Positions 11,799-23,636 of a DNA stretch of 64,000 nt are shown here, in pieces. The notes beneath the pieces are model-generated. The model ran no database searches. It worked only from the letters and a program-made list of their open reading frames with translations, and was not told the origin of the DNA. Source of the stretch: a bacterium (GTDB lineage: Bacteria; UBA8248); NCBI GenBank assembly GCA_965200245.1, contig CBDATS010000005.1:640001-704000 (forward strand), written 5' to 3'. The translations under genes and the position numbers were made by a program. Each line of letters opens with the position of its first letter. Position 1 is the first letter of the stretch.

Positions 11799-12188
11799 CT
11801 AATCGCTTTCCTCCTCGGTGTACGCGCGGTACGAATCGGCTTCCAAGAGATCGTTCAATTCCGATTCGTCTTTCATCTCCACGCGAATAATCCAGCCATC
11901 TTCATAGGGTTCGGTGTTCACGAGTTCGGGCTCCTCCTCAAGTGTGGTGTTCGCCTCGACGACGACGCCTGAAACCGGAGCGAAAAGATCCGAAACCGCC
12001 TTGACGCTCTCCACGACGCCAAACGTATTGTTCGCTTCCACCTCGGTGCCAACCTCCGGCAGTTCGACGTACACCACGTCTCCTAGTTCCGATTGGGCGA
12101 AATCCGTAATCCCAATCACAGCGATGTTCCCCTCTACTCTTACCCACTCGTGTTCTCTGGAATATTTGAGGCCGCTCGGTAGTTCCAT
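11799..12188 (-). CDS. gcvH: Glycine cleavage system H protein
   Basis: [19 protein letters not shown], lipoyl-lysine motif VESVKAVSD. Confidence 0.98.
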   Translation of the reverse strand: MELPSGLKYSREHEWVRVEGNIAVIGITDFAQSELGDVVYVELPEVGTEVEANNTFGVVESVKAVSDLFAPVSGVVVEANTTLEEEPELVNTEPYEDGWIIRVEMKDESELNDLLEADSYRAYTEEESD

Positions 12189-12260
12189 GTTCCTGAATGC
12201 CTCCCTCTTGGATTACGACGATGAATTATGAGTCATTATCAGAAACGAAATTCTCTCCGT

Positions 12261-13367
12261 TCAAGCTTTTTTATAGAATGGTGTCTTTACTATCAGGGCC
12301 CGTCTGGCCTTGCCGCGAAGGTCGACTTCCAGAGTAGCACCTTCATCCGAATTCGCGGCAGGAACGTAGCCTATCCCGATGGCTTTGCCAAGAGTAGGAC
12401 TCATCGTCCCGCTCGTAACCTCTCCGGCCACTTCACCGTCGATCAAGATGGGTGCTCCATGACGAGGAATACCACGATCCACCATCTCGAATCCAATCAG
12501 TTTTCTCTTTATGCCTTCGGCCCTCAGGGCCAGCAGTTTCTCGCGTCCGATGAAATCCCCCGCCTTATACTTCACCACCCAACCCAAGCCAGCTTCGAGG
12601 GGATGAGTAGACTCATCAATGTCGTTTCCATAGAGGGCGTATTTCATCTCGGTGCGCAAGGTATCCCGCGCACCAAGGCCACAGGGTTTCAGTCCCTCGT
12701 CCCCTCCTTCGTTCACCAAAGCATCCCAGAGCGCGGGCGCATCCACCGATTTGCAATAGAGTTCAAAACCGTTTTCGCCTGTGTAGCCCGTGCGAGAAAC
12801 CAGAACATCACACCCCGCCACGTCTTTAAACTGCGCCCCGTAATAAGGAATGGTCGCGAGGTCACCACCCGGAATCAGTTTCGAGAGGATGGATTCCGCC
12901 TTGGGGCCTTGCAAGGCGAGAAGGCCCGTTTGGTCACTCACGTTTTCGAACTCGCAGTCCTCGGTGCGGTGAGAAACCATCCATTCCCAATCCTTCTTGA
13001 TGTTCGCGGCGTTCACGACAGCCATATAGCGCTCTTCAGCGAGCCGGTAGACCGTGAGATCGTCCACAATACCGCCCGCCTCCCGGCACATGGCCGCATA
13101 GAGAACACCGCCCACCTCGAGCCGCAACACGTTGTTCGTCACCATTTTATGAATGAAGGCGCCTGCTCCTTTCCCGCGTGCCTCGAACTCGCCCATATGG
13201 CTCACATCGAACAGGCCGGCTGCTTCGCGAACAGCACGGTGCTCGTCGATGACGCCCGTGTACTGGACGGGCATTTCATAGCCCGCGAAGGGAACCATCT
13301 TCGCGCCTGCGACCTTGTGGGTTTCATACAGGGAGGTTCTTCGCAATTCCTGGTCGACATTCGTCAT
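12261..13367 (-). CDS. gcvT: Glycine cleavage system aminomethyltransferase T
   Basis: [32 protein letters not shown]. Confidence 0.98.
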   Translation of the reverse strand: MTNVDQELRRTSLYETHKVAGAKMVPFAGYEMPVQYTGVIDEHRAVREAAGLFDVSHMGEFEARGKGAGAFIHKMVTNNVLRLEVGGVLYAAMCREAGGIVDDLTVYRLAEERYMAVVNAANIKKDWEWMVSHRTEDCEFENVSDQTGLLALQGPKAESILSKLIPGGDLATIPYYGAQFKDVAGCDVLVSRTGYTGENGFELYCKSVDAPALWDALVNEGGDEGLKPCGLGARDTLRTEMKYALYGNDIDESTHPLEAGLGWVVKYKAGDFIGREKLLALRAEGIKRKLIGFEMVDRGIPRHGAPILIDGEVAGEVTSGTMSPTLGKAIGIGYVPAANSDEGATLEVDLRGKARRALIVKTPFYKKA

Positions 13368-13530
13368 AATAGCTCTCGCTTAGCGACTCAATTTGCCACC
13401 CACTTGAGCCTTACCGCGTATCGAAACTAATTTCAAGGGTTTTATTGCAAATTTTCAGGACAAAAGCGAGTGAGCCGGAAAGGGGATTTAGAAAAAATGG
13501 CTATTCAGAGGCTAGGCACAAAAATCCCGC

Positions 13531-14682
13531 CTAGGCAAACGCGCGGATTCCCGTTTCAAAGCCTGCGATGATGAGCTTTTGAATCTGGCTGGTACCCTCA
13601 TAGATCGTCGCCACTCGGGCGTCGCGCATATAGCGCTCCACGGAATACTCGTTGCTGTAGCCCATACCACCGTGGATTTGGATGGCGTCGTTCGCGCAAC
13701 GAAGGGCTGCCTCGGAGCAATAGTATTTGGCGATGCAAGTCTCCTTAGTATTCGCAAGACCTGCGTTCTTGAGTTCGCCCGCCCGGTATAGCAGCAGCCT
13801 GCTCGCGTCGATGTCGACCACCATACGGGCGATCATGTCCTGCACGAGTTGGTGCGCCGCGATGGGCTTGCCGAACGTGTGGCGCTCTTTCGCGTAGGCA
13901 ACTGATGCTTCCAGCGAACCCTGCGCGATACCCAGACAGCCTGCAGCCACCGAATACCGACCGTTATCCAGCGCGCTCATCGCGACCTTGAAGCCATCGC
14001 CCACATCTCCGAGCAAAGCGTTGTCGGGCACCTCCACGTTCGTCAGGAAAAGCTCCGCCGTGTTGGAACTTCTGAGCCCCAGCTTTCCGTGCATGGTCCG
14101 TGCCTCAAAGCCGGGTGAGTGGGTTTCTACCAAAAAGGCCGCCATCTTTCGGGGGTTTTCACGGTCAGTCTGCGCGACTACCAACGCAAGTTGCGCGACA
14201 CCGCCGTTGCTAATCCATATTTTCTGGCCGTTGAGCCTCCAGCCGTTCGAGGTGCTCTCCGCAAACGTTTTCAGGTGCTGGGCGTCGGAACCCACGCCTG
14301 GCTCCGTGAGTCCGAAACATCCTATCCATTCCGCAGTGCAGAGTTTTGGTAGATACTTTCTCTTCTGGACCTCACTCCCCCATTTGAGAATCGTCGTGGC
14401 GACGAGAGAAAGCTGCACCGACAAGACGGTCCGCACCGAACTACACGCCTTGCTTATCTCCTCGTTCATGATGGCGTAGGAGATATAGTCCAGCCCCGCG
14501 CCACCATATTCCTCGGGAATCGGCCCGCCGAACATCCCCAACTCGCCCATTTCGGCGACAATATCCGCTGGATACCTCTCCTTCTCGTCGTTCTCCCGCG
14601 CCACGGAGACGATTCGCCGCTGGGCGAACTCCGCTGCCGTTTCCTTGATCAGCCGCTGGGTTTCGTTAAGTTCAAAATCCAC
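13531..14682 (-). CDS. Acyl-CoA dehydrogenase
   Basis: FGLTEPGVGSD, NGQKIWISNG, AIQIHGGMGY, IYEGTSQIQ. Confidence 0.95.
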   Translation of the reverse strand: MDFELNETQRLIKETAAEFAQRRIVSVARENDEKERYPADIVAEMGELGMFGGPIPEEYGGAGLDYISYAIMNEEISKACSSVRTVLSVQLSLVATTILKWGSEVQKRKYLPKLCTAEWIGCFGLTEPGVGSDAQHLKTFAESTSNGWRLNGQKIWISNGGVAQLALVVAQTDRENPRKMAAFLVETHSPGFEARTMHGKLGLRSSNTAELFLTNVEVPDNALLGDVGDGFKVAMSALDNGRYSVAAGCLGIAQGSLEASVAYAKERHTFGKPIAAHQLVQDMIARMVVDIDASRLLLYRAGELKNAGLANTKETCIAKYYCSEAALRCANDAIQIHGGMGYSNEYSVERYMRDARVATIYEGTSQIQKLIIAGFETGIRAFA

Positions 14683-14702
14683 AGTTATCTCAGATGGGAG
14701 TC

Positions 14703-15557
14703 TCAGTCGTAGGTGAAGAAACCACGGTCTGTCTTGCGGCCGAGATGACCCGCCTTAACCATCTTGCGCAGCAAGAAGTTGGGCCGGTAGCGCGTATCAC
14801 CTAACTCGCGGTAGAGCGTCTCCGTCTTTGCAAGGTGGATGTCAACGCCGATCAGATCGATGAGTTCGAGCGGCCCCATGGGAAGACCTGCACCCATCTT
14901 CATCGCCTTGTCGATGTCCTCGGCGGACGCGAGACCACCTGCATAGACTTCAACCGCCTCGTTGAGCATAGCCGCAAGCACACGACTGCCGATGCCCGCC
15001 GGGCTGTCGAAATTCGCTGTCACGGGCGTCTTGCCGAGCCGTTCGGCCAGGGCACGGGCTGCCTCTATCGTCTCCTGCGAGGTTCCGAGACCCGGCATGA
15101 TCTCGACGAGCTTCATCACCAGGGGTGGATTGAAGAAATGAACGCCCACCACCTTCTCGGGCCGAGAGGTGGCCGCCGCCATCTCCGTGATGGAGAGAGA
15201 AGTTGTGTTCGAAGCGAATATCGCGTGCTCCGGCGCAACTTCATCCAAAGCAGCCAATACCTTTTTCTTGATTTTCATGTCCTCAAAAACGGCTTCGACA
15301 ACAATCTCCACATCCGTTGCCTTCGTGTAGTCCGTCCCCGGCGTAATGCGCGAAAATATGGCCTCTTTCGCTTCCATGCTCATCTTGCCCTGCTCGACGC
15401 GCTTCGTCGCGCGCGCCTCAAGGCCCGCGATTGCATTTGTCACAACCTTTTCGCTCAGGTCGGTCAAGACCACCGGAATTTCGTTTTGAGCGAAAAGCTG
15501 GGCGATTCCTGTACCCATCGTACCCGCGCCCACCACCATTGCTTTTCCTATTTCCAT
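14703..15557 (-). CDS. 3-hydroxyacyl-CoA (3-hydroxybutyryl-CoA) dehydrogenase
   Basis: VVGAGTMGTGIA, EAVFE, ASNTTSL, HFFNP, PMGPLELID. Confidence 0.94.
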   Translation of the reverse strand: MEIGKAMVVGAGTMGTGIAQLFAQNEIPVVLTDLSEKVVTNAIAGLEARATKRVEQGKMSMEAKEAIFSRITPGTDYTKATDVEIVVEAVFEDMKIKKKVLAALDEVAPEHAIFASNTTSLSITEMAAATSRPEKVVGVHFFNPPLVMKLVEIMPGLGTSQETIEAARALAERLGKTPVTANFDSPAGIGSRVLAAMLNEAVEVYAGGLASAEDIDKAMKMGAGLPMGPLELIDLIGVDIHLAKTETLYRELGDTRYRPNFLLRKMVKAGHLGRKTDRGFFTYD

Positions 15558-15596
15558 TTCATCCTCTGATTTTACCGAACCTTGTCATCCAGGCAG

Positions 15597-16781
15597 CTAA
15601 GCGACGCGCTCCAGTACGACGGCCACCCCCTGCCCCCCGCCGATGCAGGCGCTCACGACGCCAAACTGTTCGCCTCTTCGTTCCAGCGCGCTCAGACAGG
15701 TAGCAATAATTTTCCCGCCAGTCGCACCCACCGGATGACCGAGCGCAATGGCACCGCCGTGGACGTTCAGCTTCTTCCTGTCCCATTCGAGTTCGCGCTC
15801 ACAGGCGATGACCTGGGCCGCAAACGCCTCGTTCACCTCGATCAAGTTCATGTCCTCAAGCGCCAGACCCGCACGCTCCAGTGCCTTGGGGATAGCAGTG
15901 ACGGGCCCCAACCCCATATAACGGGGTTCCACGCCTGTCGATGCGTAGCCGCGCAGGACAGCAATGGACTTCACACCCAACGCATCCGCCTTTTCCTTTG
16001 ACGCCAGCACAAGGGCGGAGGCCGCATCCGCCTGACAGCACGAATTGCCGGGGGTCACGGAGCCGTTTTTGTCAAAGACGGGCCTTAGCCTGCCAAGTTT
16101 TTCCATAGACATGCCGCTGCGCGGCGTCTCATCCTTATCGAAGAGGGTTACCTCTCCCTTACGCCCCTTGAGTTCTATCGGCACGATTTCCCCGTCGAAC
16201 TCCCCGCCCTCGACAGCCGCCACTGCCTTCTCCTGGCTTTCAAGTGCATACTCATCCTGCTCCGCGCGGCTCAGGTTGTATTTTTCCACCAGGTTCTCCG
16301 CCGTTACGCCCATGAGCTGTCCCGACAGAGGATCCTCATAACCGTCCTTGTAAATCAGATCCAGAAACTGCGCGTGCCCGAAGCGGTTACCCCACCTCGC
16401 GCCCGGGTTCACGAAGGGAACGTTGGAGGTGCTCTCTACCCCTCCGGCCAGCACGACCTCGGCATCGCCCGCGCGGATCGCCTGCGCGGCCAAGGCGGCG
16501 GCCTTAATGCTTGAGCCACAACGCTTGTTGATCGTGTAGGCGGGCGTCTCCTTCGGAAGACCCGCGCCCACCGAGATGAGCCGTGCAGAATTTGGCCCTA
16601 CACCCGCCTGCCATCCATGGCCGATAATGGTCTCATCGAAATGTTCCGGCTCCACACCAGACCTTTGAATGGCCTCACGTGCGATGTGTACGCCCATTTC
16701 GGGTGCGGTCATGCCCTTGAGCGCGCCACCGAAGGCCCCGCCCGGTGAGCGAACACTACTGAGAATGACGACTTCTTTCAT
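15597..16781 (-). CDS. Acetyl-CoA acyltransferase (thiolase)
   Basis: INKRCGS, EVNEAFA, HGGAIALGHPVGATG, CIGGGQG. Confidence 0.96.
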   Translation of the reverse strand: MKEVVILSSVRSPGGAFGGALKGMTAPEMGVHIAREAIQRSGVEPEHFDETIIGHGWQAGVGPNSARLISVGAGLPKETPAYTINKRCGSSIKAAALAAQAIRAGDAEVVLAGGVESTSNVPFVNPGARWGNRFGHAQFLDLIYKDGYEDPLSGQLMGVTAENLVEKYNLSRAEQDEYALESQEKAVAAVEGGEFDGEIVPIELKGRKGEVTLFDKDETPRSGMSMEKLGRLRPVFDKNGSVTPGNSCCQADAASALVLASKEKADALGVKSIAVLRGYASTGVEPRYMGLGPVTAIPKALERAGLALEDMNLIEVNEAFAAQVIACERELEWDRKKLNVHGGAIALGHPVGATGGKIIATCLSALERRGEQFGVVSACIGGGQGVAVVLERVA

Positions 16782-16979
16782 ATAAGCCCTCAATTTTCAA
16801 AAGGATGAGAGTTCCCGGTCCCTACGATATACAAAACACGGAGTAAAGAACCGAAATACCTGAAACATTTCTCCATGCGATAGGAATTCTTATGGCATAT
16901 CTAGAACGTGATAGGCAAGGAACGGGGCGACATGACATCTCTTGGGACCCGCGTGCGAAAAGGTCGCCAAAACATGCCG

Positions 16980-17942
16980 TTACGCCCGCAGACGCTCCAG
17001 CAGCCCCAGGAAATCCGCCGGAGGTTCGGCCACCAACTTGCGATTCTCTCCATCTACTGGATGGAGGAACTCCAGCCTGTGCGCATGAAGGGCTTGCCTG
17101 TCAATGAGGCTCTGTTGATTCATTCCTTTTTTCTTGCGCGGTCCTCTCGGCAGCCGCCCCAGACCATACACGGGATCACCCACAATCGGATGTCCGATGT
17201 GGTTCATGTGTACCCTGATCTGGTGCGTTCTGCCCGTCTCGAGCGTGACGCCCAAAAGCGATGCGCCCCGCAACACCTCGCGGACGGCGTAGTGAGTAAC
17301 CGCGCGGCGGCCGCTTGCGACGACTGCCATGACCGTCCTGTGGGTGGGATGGCGGCCGATGGGGGCGTCTACAGTCCCCTGCCCTTGGGCGGGTATCCCT
17401 CGGACGATGGCCAGATAGTGGCGGTGAATCCGGCGAGCCTTGAGATCGGCGGAGAGTCTTGCATGGGCCATGTCCGTTTTCGCCGCTATCAGCAGGCCGG
17501 ATGTGTCCTTATCCAGTCGGTGAACGATGCCAGGCCTCTCCACACCGCCGATGCCCGAGAGTTGTCCCCTGCAATGATGCAGCAGGGCGGCGGTCAAGGT
17601 TCCCTTGCGCCGGCCTGCACCGGGGTGGACTACAATACCGGGAGGTTTGTTGATAACGAGTAGATGTGCATCCTCAAAACGAACGTCGAGTGCGACCTCT
17701 TCAGCCTCGATGTGTGAGGGCGCGGGAGGCGGCAACGTTACCTCGACGCGCACGCCACTCGGGAGAGTGTGCGCTGGTTTGGTCTCGACTCTTCCGTCTA
17801 CCGAAACCATGCCTTCCTTGATGAGCGCCTGCACACGTGAGCGGGATAGGTCTTTGAGGTTATCGGCCAGAAATGTATCGACCCGCTTGGCGCCCTCTTG
17901 GCAGGTCAGCGCGTAGGTCTTTACCCACATTCTCCTATTCAT
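16980..17942 (-). CDS. RluA-family pseudouridine synthase with S4 domain (RluD-like)
   Basis: NKPPGIVVHP, RPGIVHRLDKDTSG, LETGRTHQIRVH. The exact start is uncertain. Confidence 0.93.
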   Translation of the reverse strand: MNRRMWVKTYALTCQEGAKRVDTFLADNLKDLSRSRVQALIKEGMVSVDGRVETKPAHTLPSGVRVEVTLPPPAPSHIEAEEVALDVRFEDAHLLVINKPPGIVVHPGAGRRKGTLTAALLHHCRGQLSGIGGVERPGIVHRLDKDTSGLLIAAKTDMAHARLSADLKARRIHRHYLAIVRGIPAQGQGTVDAPIGRHPTHRTVMAVVASGRRAVTHYAVREVLRGASLLGVTLETGRTHQIRVHMNHIGHPIVGDPVYGLGRLPRGPRKKKGMNQQSLIDRQALHAHRLEFLHPVDGENRKLVAEPPADFLGLLERLRA

Positions 17943-18487
17943 ACCTTGACAAGAGAGTCTATGACGCGTGTTCTCGCATATATCGTCCCACGGACCTGAT
18001 CGCCTGGTGCCAAGAGCTCGTGGTAGCCTTGCGCGGCCAGAAACCAGCCTTCCTCGATGATTTTCCCGCTCCCTAGCGTCAGCGGGCGCATGCCCACGCC
18101 ACGAACGATCCTGAGGTAATACTTCTCCTCCAGAAACGCGAGCTTGTACCAGAAGATGTAGGATGCTTTGGAATCCACCCGGCCCCCGAAATTTAAGGGT
18201 TTGCCCATCAGATCACCAACCGCGCGCGAGGTTCTCCAAAACGTATAGGCGAACAAGGCGCTCAAAACGGGCACGACGACGTAGATGATGATTTCATCCG
18301 TGAGGGAGTACCTCGCGAGCAAATACCCGAGACCTGAAATGCACACGAGAGATAACACGCCCCAGAAAATCGACGCGTTCCAAAGATAATGGCGTGCGTA
18401 GCCACGGGCTCTGGTCGCCGAGCCGATGGAAGGATTGTTCCGACTCGAATGTGTCCCCGAGAACGGGAAAGGGCCCAGCATCTCCAT
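17939..18487 (-). CDS. Hypothetical membrane protein (two predicted TM helices)
   Basis: Two hydrophobic stretches; its stop overlaps the next gene start (ATGA). No family recognised. Confidence 0.6.
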   Translation of the reverse strand: MEMLGPFPFSGTHSSRNNPSIGSATRARGYARHYLWNASIFWGVLSLVCISGLGYLLARYSLTDEIIIYVVVPVLSALFAYTFWRTSRAVGDLMGKPLNFGGRVDSKASYIFWYKLAFLEEKYYLRIVRGVGMRPLTLGSGKIIEEGWFLAAQGYHELLAPGDQVRGTIYARTRVIDSLVKV

Positions 18488-18525
18488 CCCTCCGGAAAAG
18501 CAGGCCTGCGTGCGCGTCGCCTCTC

Positions 18526-19035
18526 CTATCCCCCGCTGCCTTTCGATGCGGATTCAGGCGGACTGCGCAAGAGGTCGACTATCATCAGACCGACTCCTAC
18601 CGTAATGCCTGAGTCCGCCAGATTGAACGCGGGCCAATGGTATCGCCCATAATAGAACAGGAGATAATCTATTACCTCGCCGTATGCGACCCTGTCCACG
18701 AGATTTCCCAGTCCGCCGCCGAACACCAGGATCATGCCCGATCTCGCCCATAAGTTTCCCGACGCATGCGTACGGTAGAGATAGAGGACAAACAGCAGAG
18801 CCGCCAAGTTGGCGCAGATGAAGAAAAGGCGCCCCCACATGGGAGGCAGGCCGTTCAGAATACTGAACGCACCACCTGAGTTTCTTAAATATACGAGATT
18901 GAAAAAACCCGGAATAACTGCCAGTGAATCACTCAAGGCGAAAATTCTGTCGACGATTTGCTTGATCGCCTGATCGGCCAATGCAAAAAGAGAGGCGATG
19001 AGAAAAAACGGTTTAAGCCCTGGCCTTTCGTTCAC
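18526..19035 (-). CDS. lspA: Lipoprotein signal peptidase II
   Basis: [30 protein letters not shown]; overlaps the ileS stop. Confidence 0.96.
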   Translation of the reverse strand: MNERPGLKPFFLIASLFALADQAIKQIVDRIFALSDSLAVIPGFFNLVYLRNSGGAFSILNGLPPMWGRLFFICANLAALLFVLYLYRTHASGNLWARSGMILVFGGGLGNLVDRVAYGEVIDYLLFYYGRYHWPAFNLADSGITVGVGLMIVDLLRSPPESASKGSGG

Positions 19036-21887
19036 GAAAGCACCTTTGCGGCAATGCGGGCGCAGCGCGCCGAGAGATCGGGGAAACGGGGGTCAGAGCC
19101 TACATCTTCGGAAATTTTCCACGACATGGCGCATTTCGCCCCGCGCGCCTCGCTCACCTCGACGGCAAGACCCTCAACTTCTTCGCTGCGGTAGGCATTG
19201 TTCGACGGCACCTCGCCTGCACCTGCGAGCGCCGCGCCCGAGACTATGAACACGCCTTCCATCTCAGATTCGAGGACCATGAGCTTCTCGCGTATAATAT
19301 CTTTGGCGAAGAGCTTCACGCTGAAATTGAGAGAGCTTCCCTTTCCCTTCTCCTGGTTCTGGCGGACGAGTTCGAGTGCCTTGAGTACCTCGCCCCTCGC
19401 ACGCATGAGCGGCTCCCACTTCTCCTCCAAGGCCTCGTCACGCCCTGCGGGGTCGGCCTTCGGCAAGAACGCCAGATGGATACTCTCGCCATTTAGTTTC
19501 GGCGTCAGTTGATAGGCTTCTTCCGCCGTGAAGGGCAGGATCGGCGCCATCATCCTCAGAAGCGCGTCCAGAACATCGTGCATGGTGCTGACACCCGACC
19601 CCCTGTCCATATCGTCAGGCAACGAGATGTAGAGCCTGTCCTTGAGCACGTCGAGATAGAACGAGGACAAATCGACCGCGCAGAAGTTGTTGAGCGCATG
19701 GTATACGGCATGGAACTCGTAATCGGCGTAGGATTGACGCACGCGTTCAACAAGCCTGTCCAGGCGGCTGATGATAAGCCTGTCGATCTCCATACGCTCC
19801 GGCAGGGGAACGGCGTCCTCGCTGGGGTCAAAACTCTCATAATCCTGCAAATTGCCCAGCAAGAAGCGGCAGGTGTTCCTAATCCGGCGGTAAGCCTCGG
19901 CCATGCGGTCGAGAATCTGAGGGGAAATTCGGATGTCTTCCCTATAGTTCTCCCCCGCCACCCAGAGCCTTAATATCTCCGCACCATATTTCTTGATGAT
20001 TTCTTCGGGCGCTATCGTGTTGCCCAGAGACTTGCTCATCTTCTTGCCCTTGCCGTCCACTACGTAGCCGTGGGTAAGCACTTCGCGGTAGGGTGCTGCG
20101 TCCCTCACGCCCACGGCGGCGAGGAGGGAACTGTGGAACCAACCGCGGTGCTGATCGCTGCCCTCCAAATACATATCCGAAGGCCAGGTCAATCCTTCTC
20201 TTTTCTCCAGGACAGCGGCTTGGCTTACACCAGAATCGAACCATACGTCGAGAATGTCTGTCTCTTTCCTGAAAGACGCACCGCCGCATTCGGGGCATTT
20301 GAAGTCCGGCGGCAGGAGTTCGGCCGGCTGTTTTTCGAACCACACGTCCGCGCCTCCTTCCTCCATCATGTCCGCCACCCGGTGCGTCACCTCCGCGTCA
20401 ACAACGACGTAGGCGCAATCCTCGCAATGGAAGGCCACGATGGGTACGCCCCAGGAGCGCTGGCGCGAGATACACCAGTCCGGTCTATTCTCGATCATGC
20501 CGTGGATGCGCTCTTCACCCCAATGCGGTACCCAGACGACCTTTCGAATTTCCTCAAGCGATCGTTTCCTCAAATCGCCGTGCTCCATCGAGATGAACCA
20601 CTGCGGCGTTGCACGGAAAATGGTCGGCCTGTGGCTGCGCCAGTCGTGCGGATAGGGGTGAGTGTAATCCTCTACCGCGAACAGGCGGCCCGATTCGCGC
20701 AGATGCGCGATGATGTTCGGATCCGCATCGAAGACGAACTGCCCAGCAAAATGCGCCACATCGTCGGTGAATCTTCCACCATCCCCCACAGGGCTATAAA
20801 CTTCCAGTCCGTACTTGAGACCAGTCTCGTAGTCCTCGCGTCCGTGGCCGGGGGCGGTGTGCACGACACCCGTTCCCTGATTGAGTGTCACGTAATCGGC
20901 CTGCACGACAAGGGAATCGCGCTCTATCCAAGGATGCCGAGCGCGCAAGCCCTCGATTTCGCCCCCCTGAAAGCTCGCCAACTTTTCGAAGGCGCCGTTC
21001 GAACCTTCTCTTTCTGCCAACTCCTTCAAACGGGGCAGGAAGTGCTCATGGAATATCAGCAACTCCTCCTTATACCGGAACACGCCGTATTCCAGGGACT
21101 CGCTGAACGCAAGGGCCAGATTGGCAGGCAGCGTCCAGGGCGTCGTCGTCCAGATGAGAACGTTCACCGATCGGCCTCCTGCAACCTCACCCAGACCGGG
21201 AATCTTCTCCGCCCAGCCCGAGAGTTGATCGTCTGTGACGGGGAATTTCACGTAGATGCTCGGCGTGGTGATGTCTTCATACTCCACTTCGGCTTCTGCC
21301 AGCGCGGTTCTCAGGCCCGGCGCCCAGTGTACAGGTTTGAGACCCAGATATACGCTGCCCCGCTCGATGAATCGCGCCAGTTCGCGCACCGTGGCGGCCT
21401 CGTAGTCGTAGCTCATGGTTAGGTAGGGTCGCTCCCAATCGCCAAAGACTCCCAAGCGCTTGAACTCGTCGCGCTGAATGTCGATGTATTTTTCAGCGTA
21501 TTCGCGGCACATCCTGCGCTTTTGCACCTCGTCAATCTCGAAGCGCTTACGGCCGAGTTCCTTGTCCACCTGGTGTTCGATAGGCAGTCCATGGCAATCC
21601 CATCCCGGCACATAGACAGCGTCGAAGCCTGCCATCTGCTTCGATTTCACCACGATGTCTTTCAGAATCTTGTTCAGCACCGTGCCCAGGTGAATGTGTC
21701 CGTTCGCATAGGGGGGACCGTCGTGCAGGATGTATTTCTTGCGGCCCTGTGACGCGTCCCTCACCTTCTCGTAAACATTCTGCTCCTCCCAGACGCCGAG
21801 CATCTGCGGCTCGCGCTGAGGCAGGTTCCCCTTCATGGGAAACGATGTCTTAGGCAAGTTCAAGAGATTCTTGTAGTTCGTCGTCAT
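19032..21887 (-). CDS. ileS: Isoleucine-tRNA ligase (type 1)
   Basis: [48 protein letters not shown]. Confidence 0.98.
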   Translation of the reverse strand: MTTNYKNLLNLPKTSFPMKGNLPQREPQMLGVWEEQNVYEKVRDASQGRKKYILHDGPPYANGHIHLGTVLNKILKDIVVKSKQMAGFDAVYVPGWDCHGLPIEHQVDKELGRKRFEIDEVQKRRMCREYAEKYIDIQRDEFKRLGVFGDWERPYLTMSYDYEAATVRELARFIERGSVYLGLKPVHWAPGLRTALAEAEVEYEDITTPSIYVKFPVTDDQLSGWAEKIPGLGEVAGGRSVNVLIWTTTPWTLPANLALAFSESLEYGVFRYKEELLIFHEHFLPRLKELAEREGSNGAFEKLASFQGGEIEGLRARHPWIERDSLVVQADYVTLNQGTGVVHTAPGHGREDYETGLKYGLEVYSPVGDGGRFTDDVAHFAGQFVFDADPNIIAHLRESGRLFAVEDYTHPYPHDWRSHRPTIFRATPQWFISMEHGDLRKRSLEEIRKVVWVPHWGEERIHGMIENRPDWCISRQRSWGVPIVAFHCEDCAYVVVDAEVTHRVADMMEEGGADVWFEKQPAELLPPDFKCPECGGASFRKETDILDVWFDSGVSQAAVLEKREGLTWPSDMYLEGSDQHRGWFHSSLLAAVGVRDAAPYREVLTHGYVVDGKGKKMSKSLGNTIAPEEIIKKYGAEILRLWVAGENYREDIRISPQILDRMAEAYRRIRNTCRFLLGNLQDYESFDPSEDAVPLPERMEIDRLIISRLDRLVERVRQSYADYEFHAVYHALNNFCAVDLSSFYLDVLKDRLYISLPDDMDRGSGVSTMHDVLDALLRMMAPILPFTAEEAYQLTPKLNGESIHLAFLPKADPAGRDEALEEKWEPLMRARGEVLKALELVRQNQEKGKGSSLNFSVKLFAKDIIREKLMVLESEMEGVFIVSGAALAGAGEVPSNNAYRSEEVEGLAVEVSEARGAKCAMSWKISEDVGSDPRFPDLSARCARIAAKVLS

Positions 21888-22942
21888 ATCCTCTCATTCA
21901 ACCTCTGCGTTTGTTTCGCAGCCGATACGGGCATCCCGGGAATTCCCGCCGACTCCCTCACGAGGCGCATCGTCGCCTGCGCCTCCGACCTGGCTTTCGC
22001 TCCCCCTTCGGCCAAAACATCTTTCACGTATTCAATATCCTGCTCCAGGCGTTTTCTCTCTTCCCGGTATGGAGCGAAATAAGCATCCATCTTTTCGAAG
22101 AGAATCTGCTTCGCGTTGCCGTAGCCGAACCCGGGCGTGCGGTATTTATCTCTCAATTCATCTTGTTCCGCCTCGTCCGTCAAGAGTTGATACAAGGCGA
22201 ACACGTTGCAAGCGTCGGGGTCTTTGGACTCTTCGAGCGGAGTGGAGTCAGTAACTATTGACATTACCCGCTTTCTGAGGCGTTTGCCTTCCTCGAATAT
22301 CTCAATCGTGTTGCCGTAGCTCTTGCTCATTTTCTGGCCGTCGAGGCCGGGCACCTTGGCACCCGCATCGAGCCTGACGGTGGGCAGTGGGAAGATTTCC
22401 CCATACATGTTGTTGAAGGCCAGCGCCATATCTCTGGTCATTTCGAGGTGTTGTACCTGGTCCTCACCCACGGGCACGATGGTGGAACGGTAGATGAGGA
22501 TATCGGCGGCCATGAGCATGGGGTAATAATAAAGCCCCATCGATGGGTTGATACCCCTCGCCACCTTGTCCTTGTAAGACGTGGCGCGATCCAAAAGCCC
22601 CTTCCCCGTGACGGCGGAGAGCATCCAAGCGAGTTCGTTCACCTCGGGCACATCGGATTGGCGGAAGAAAACCGCCTTGTCAGGATCGAGACCTAATGCA
22701 AGATAATCCATCGCCACGTCGAGCGTCTGGCGGGCGAGGAGTTCCTTGTCATGCACCGTCGTCATGGCGTGGTAGTTCGCGATGAAGTAGAAGGCTTCGG
22801 CCTCGTCCTGGAGCGCGATGTGCTGTCTGAGCGCGCCGAAATAGTTTCCCAGGTGCAGTTTCCCTGAAGGCTGCACACCGGAGAGAAACCGGGTCGGCCG
22901 ATTTTTCTGGCCCTGATTATCCGTCATCTGCGTGTCCTTCAA
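21884..22942 (-). CDS. trpS: Tryptophan-tRNA ligase
   Basis: [39 protein letters not shown]. Confidence 0.97.
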   Translation of the reverse strand: MKDTQMTDNQGQKNRPTRFLSGVQPSGKLHLGNYFGALRQHIALQDEAEAFYFIANYHAMTTVHDKELLARQTLDVAMDYLALGLDPDKAVFFRQSDVPEVNELAWMLSAVTGKGLLDRATSYKDKVARGINPSMGLYYYPMLMAADILIYRSTIVPVGEDQVQHLEMTRDMALAFNNMYGEIFPLPTVRLDAGAKVPGLDGQKMSKSYGNTIEIFEEGKRLRKRVMSIVTDSTPLEESKDPDACNVFALYQLLTDEAEQDELRDKYRTPGFGYGNAKQILFEKMDAYFAPYREERKRLEQDIEYVKDVLAEGGAKARSEAQATMRLVRESAGIPGMPVSAAKQTQRLNERI

Positions 22943-22964
22943 GCGCGTACTGGCAAGAAATCCG

Positions 22965-23636
22965 CTACGCCAAACCTAATATCCTGAGAAGATTTAACAC
23001 AAAAACCCGCTCGGCCGTAGCCAGCGCGAAGAAAATCGGCATCATGATCTTGTGGAAAACACCCAGCAGCAATAAACCCAGCACGATGAAGAACCCGAAC
23101 GGCTCGCTGCGCGAGTAAGTCCACGTCAATCTTCTCGGCAAAAGCCCCATGACGATCCTCCCCCCGTCGAAGGGGAGGATGGGAATCAGGTTGAACGCGG
23201 CGAGCGCGGTGTTGATCGTGAAGCTCGCCTGCAGCATCAACGTGAGCGGCTCGCCCACGAAAGAGTAGCCCAACCCCCAGACGCGCATGAGGGTAAACAA
23301 AAAACCGCTGATGATGGCCAGAGCGAAATTCGTCGCCGGCCCTGCGAGGGCCACCCACATCATCCCACGCCTCGGATGGCGAAAGTTCCGTGGATCCACC
23401 GGCACGGGCTTCGCCCAACCGAAGCCCACGCCCGCCATCATGGAGATGACGAAGGCCAGCGTCCCCAATGGATCGAGATGTACGATGGGGTTCAAGCTCA
23501 GGCGGCCGAGCATGCGCGCTGTGTTGTCACCCAATTTGCCGGCCATCCATCCGTGCGCCACCTCGTGAAAAGTGAGCGCAAGCAGAATCGCAGGCACCGC
23601 GATCAGCAATTGCTGAATGAAATCCGAGGAGAACAA
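22965..23636 (-). CDS. Site-2 protease (M50 family)
   Basis: HEVAH zinc motif, GWAKPVP, AGP, FNLIPILPFDGG. Confidence 0.94.
   Translation of the reverse strand: MFSSDFIQQLLIAVPAILLALTFHEVAHGWMAGKLGDNTARMLGRLSLNPIVHLDPLGTLAFVISMMAGVGFGWAKPVPVDPRNFRHPRRGMMWVALAGPATNFALAIISGFLFTLMRVWGLGYSFVGEPLTLMLQASFTINTALAAFNLIPILPFDGGRIVMGLLPRRLTWTYSRSEPFGFFIVLGLLLLGVFHKIMMPIFFALATAERVFVLNLLRILGLA

Noticed and set aside
12228-13430. 400-aa plus-strand ORF, and similar long ORFs at 4477-5403, 10591-11388, 20070-21422, 41975-42901 and 50391-51371
   Set aside because: Antisense shadows of well-supported genes, expected from GC-rich codon usage; no motifs recognised.
13368-13530. Glycine riboswitch upstream of gcvT
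   Set aside because: The region is short and lacks recognisable aptamer motifs.
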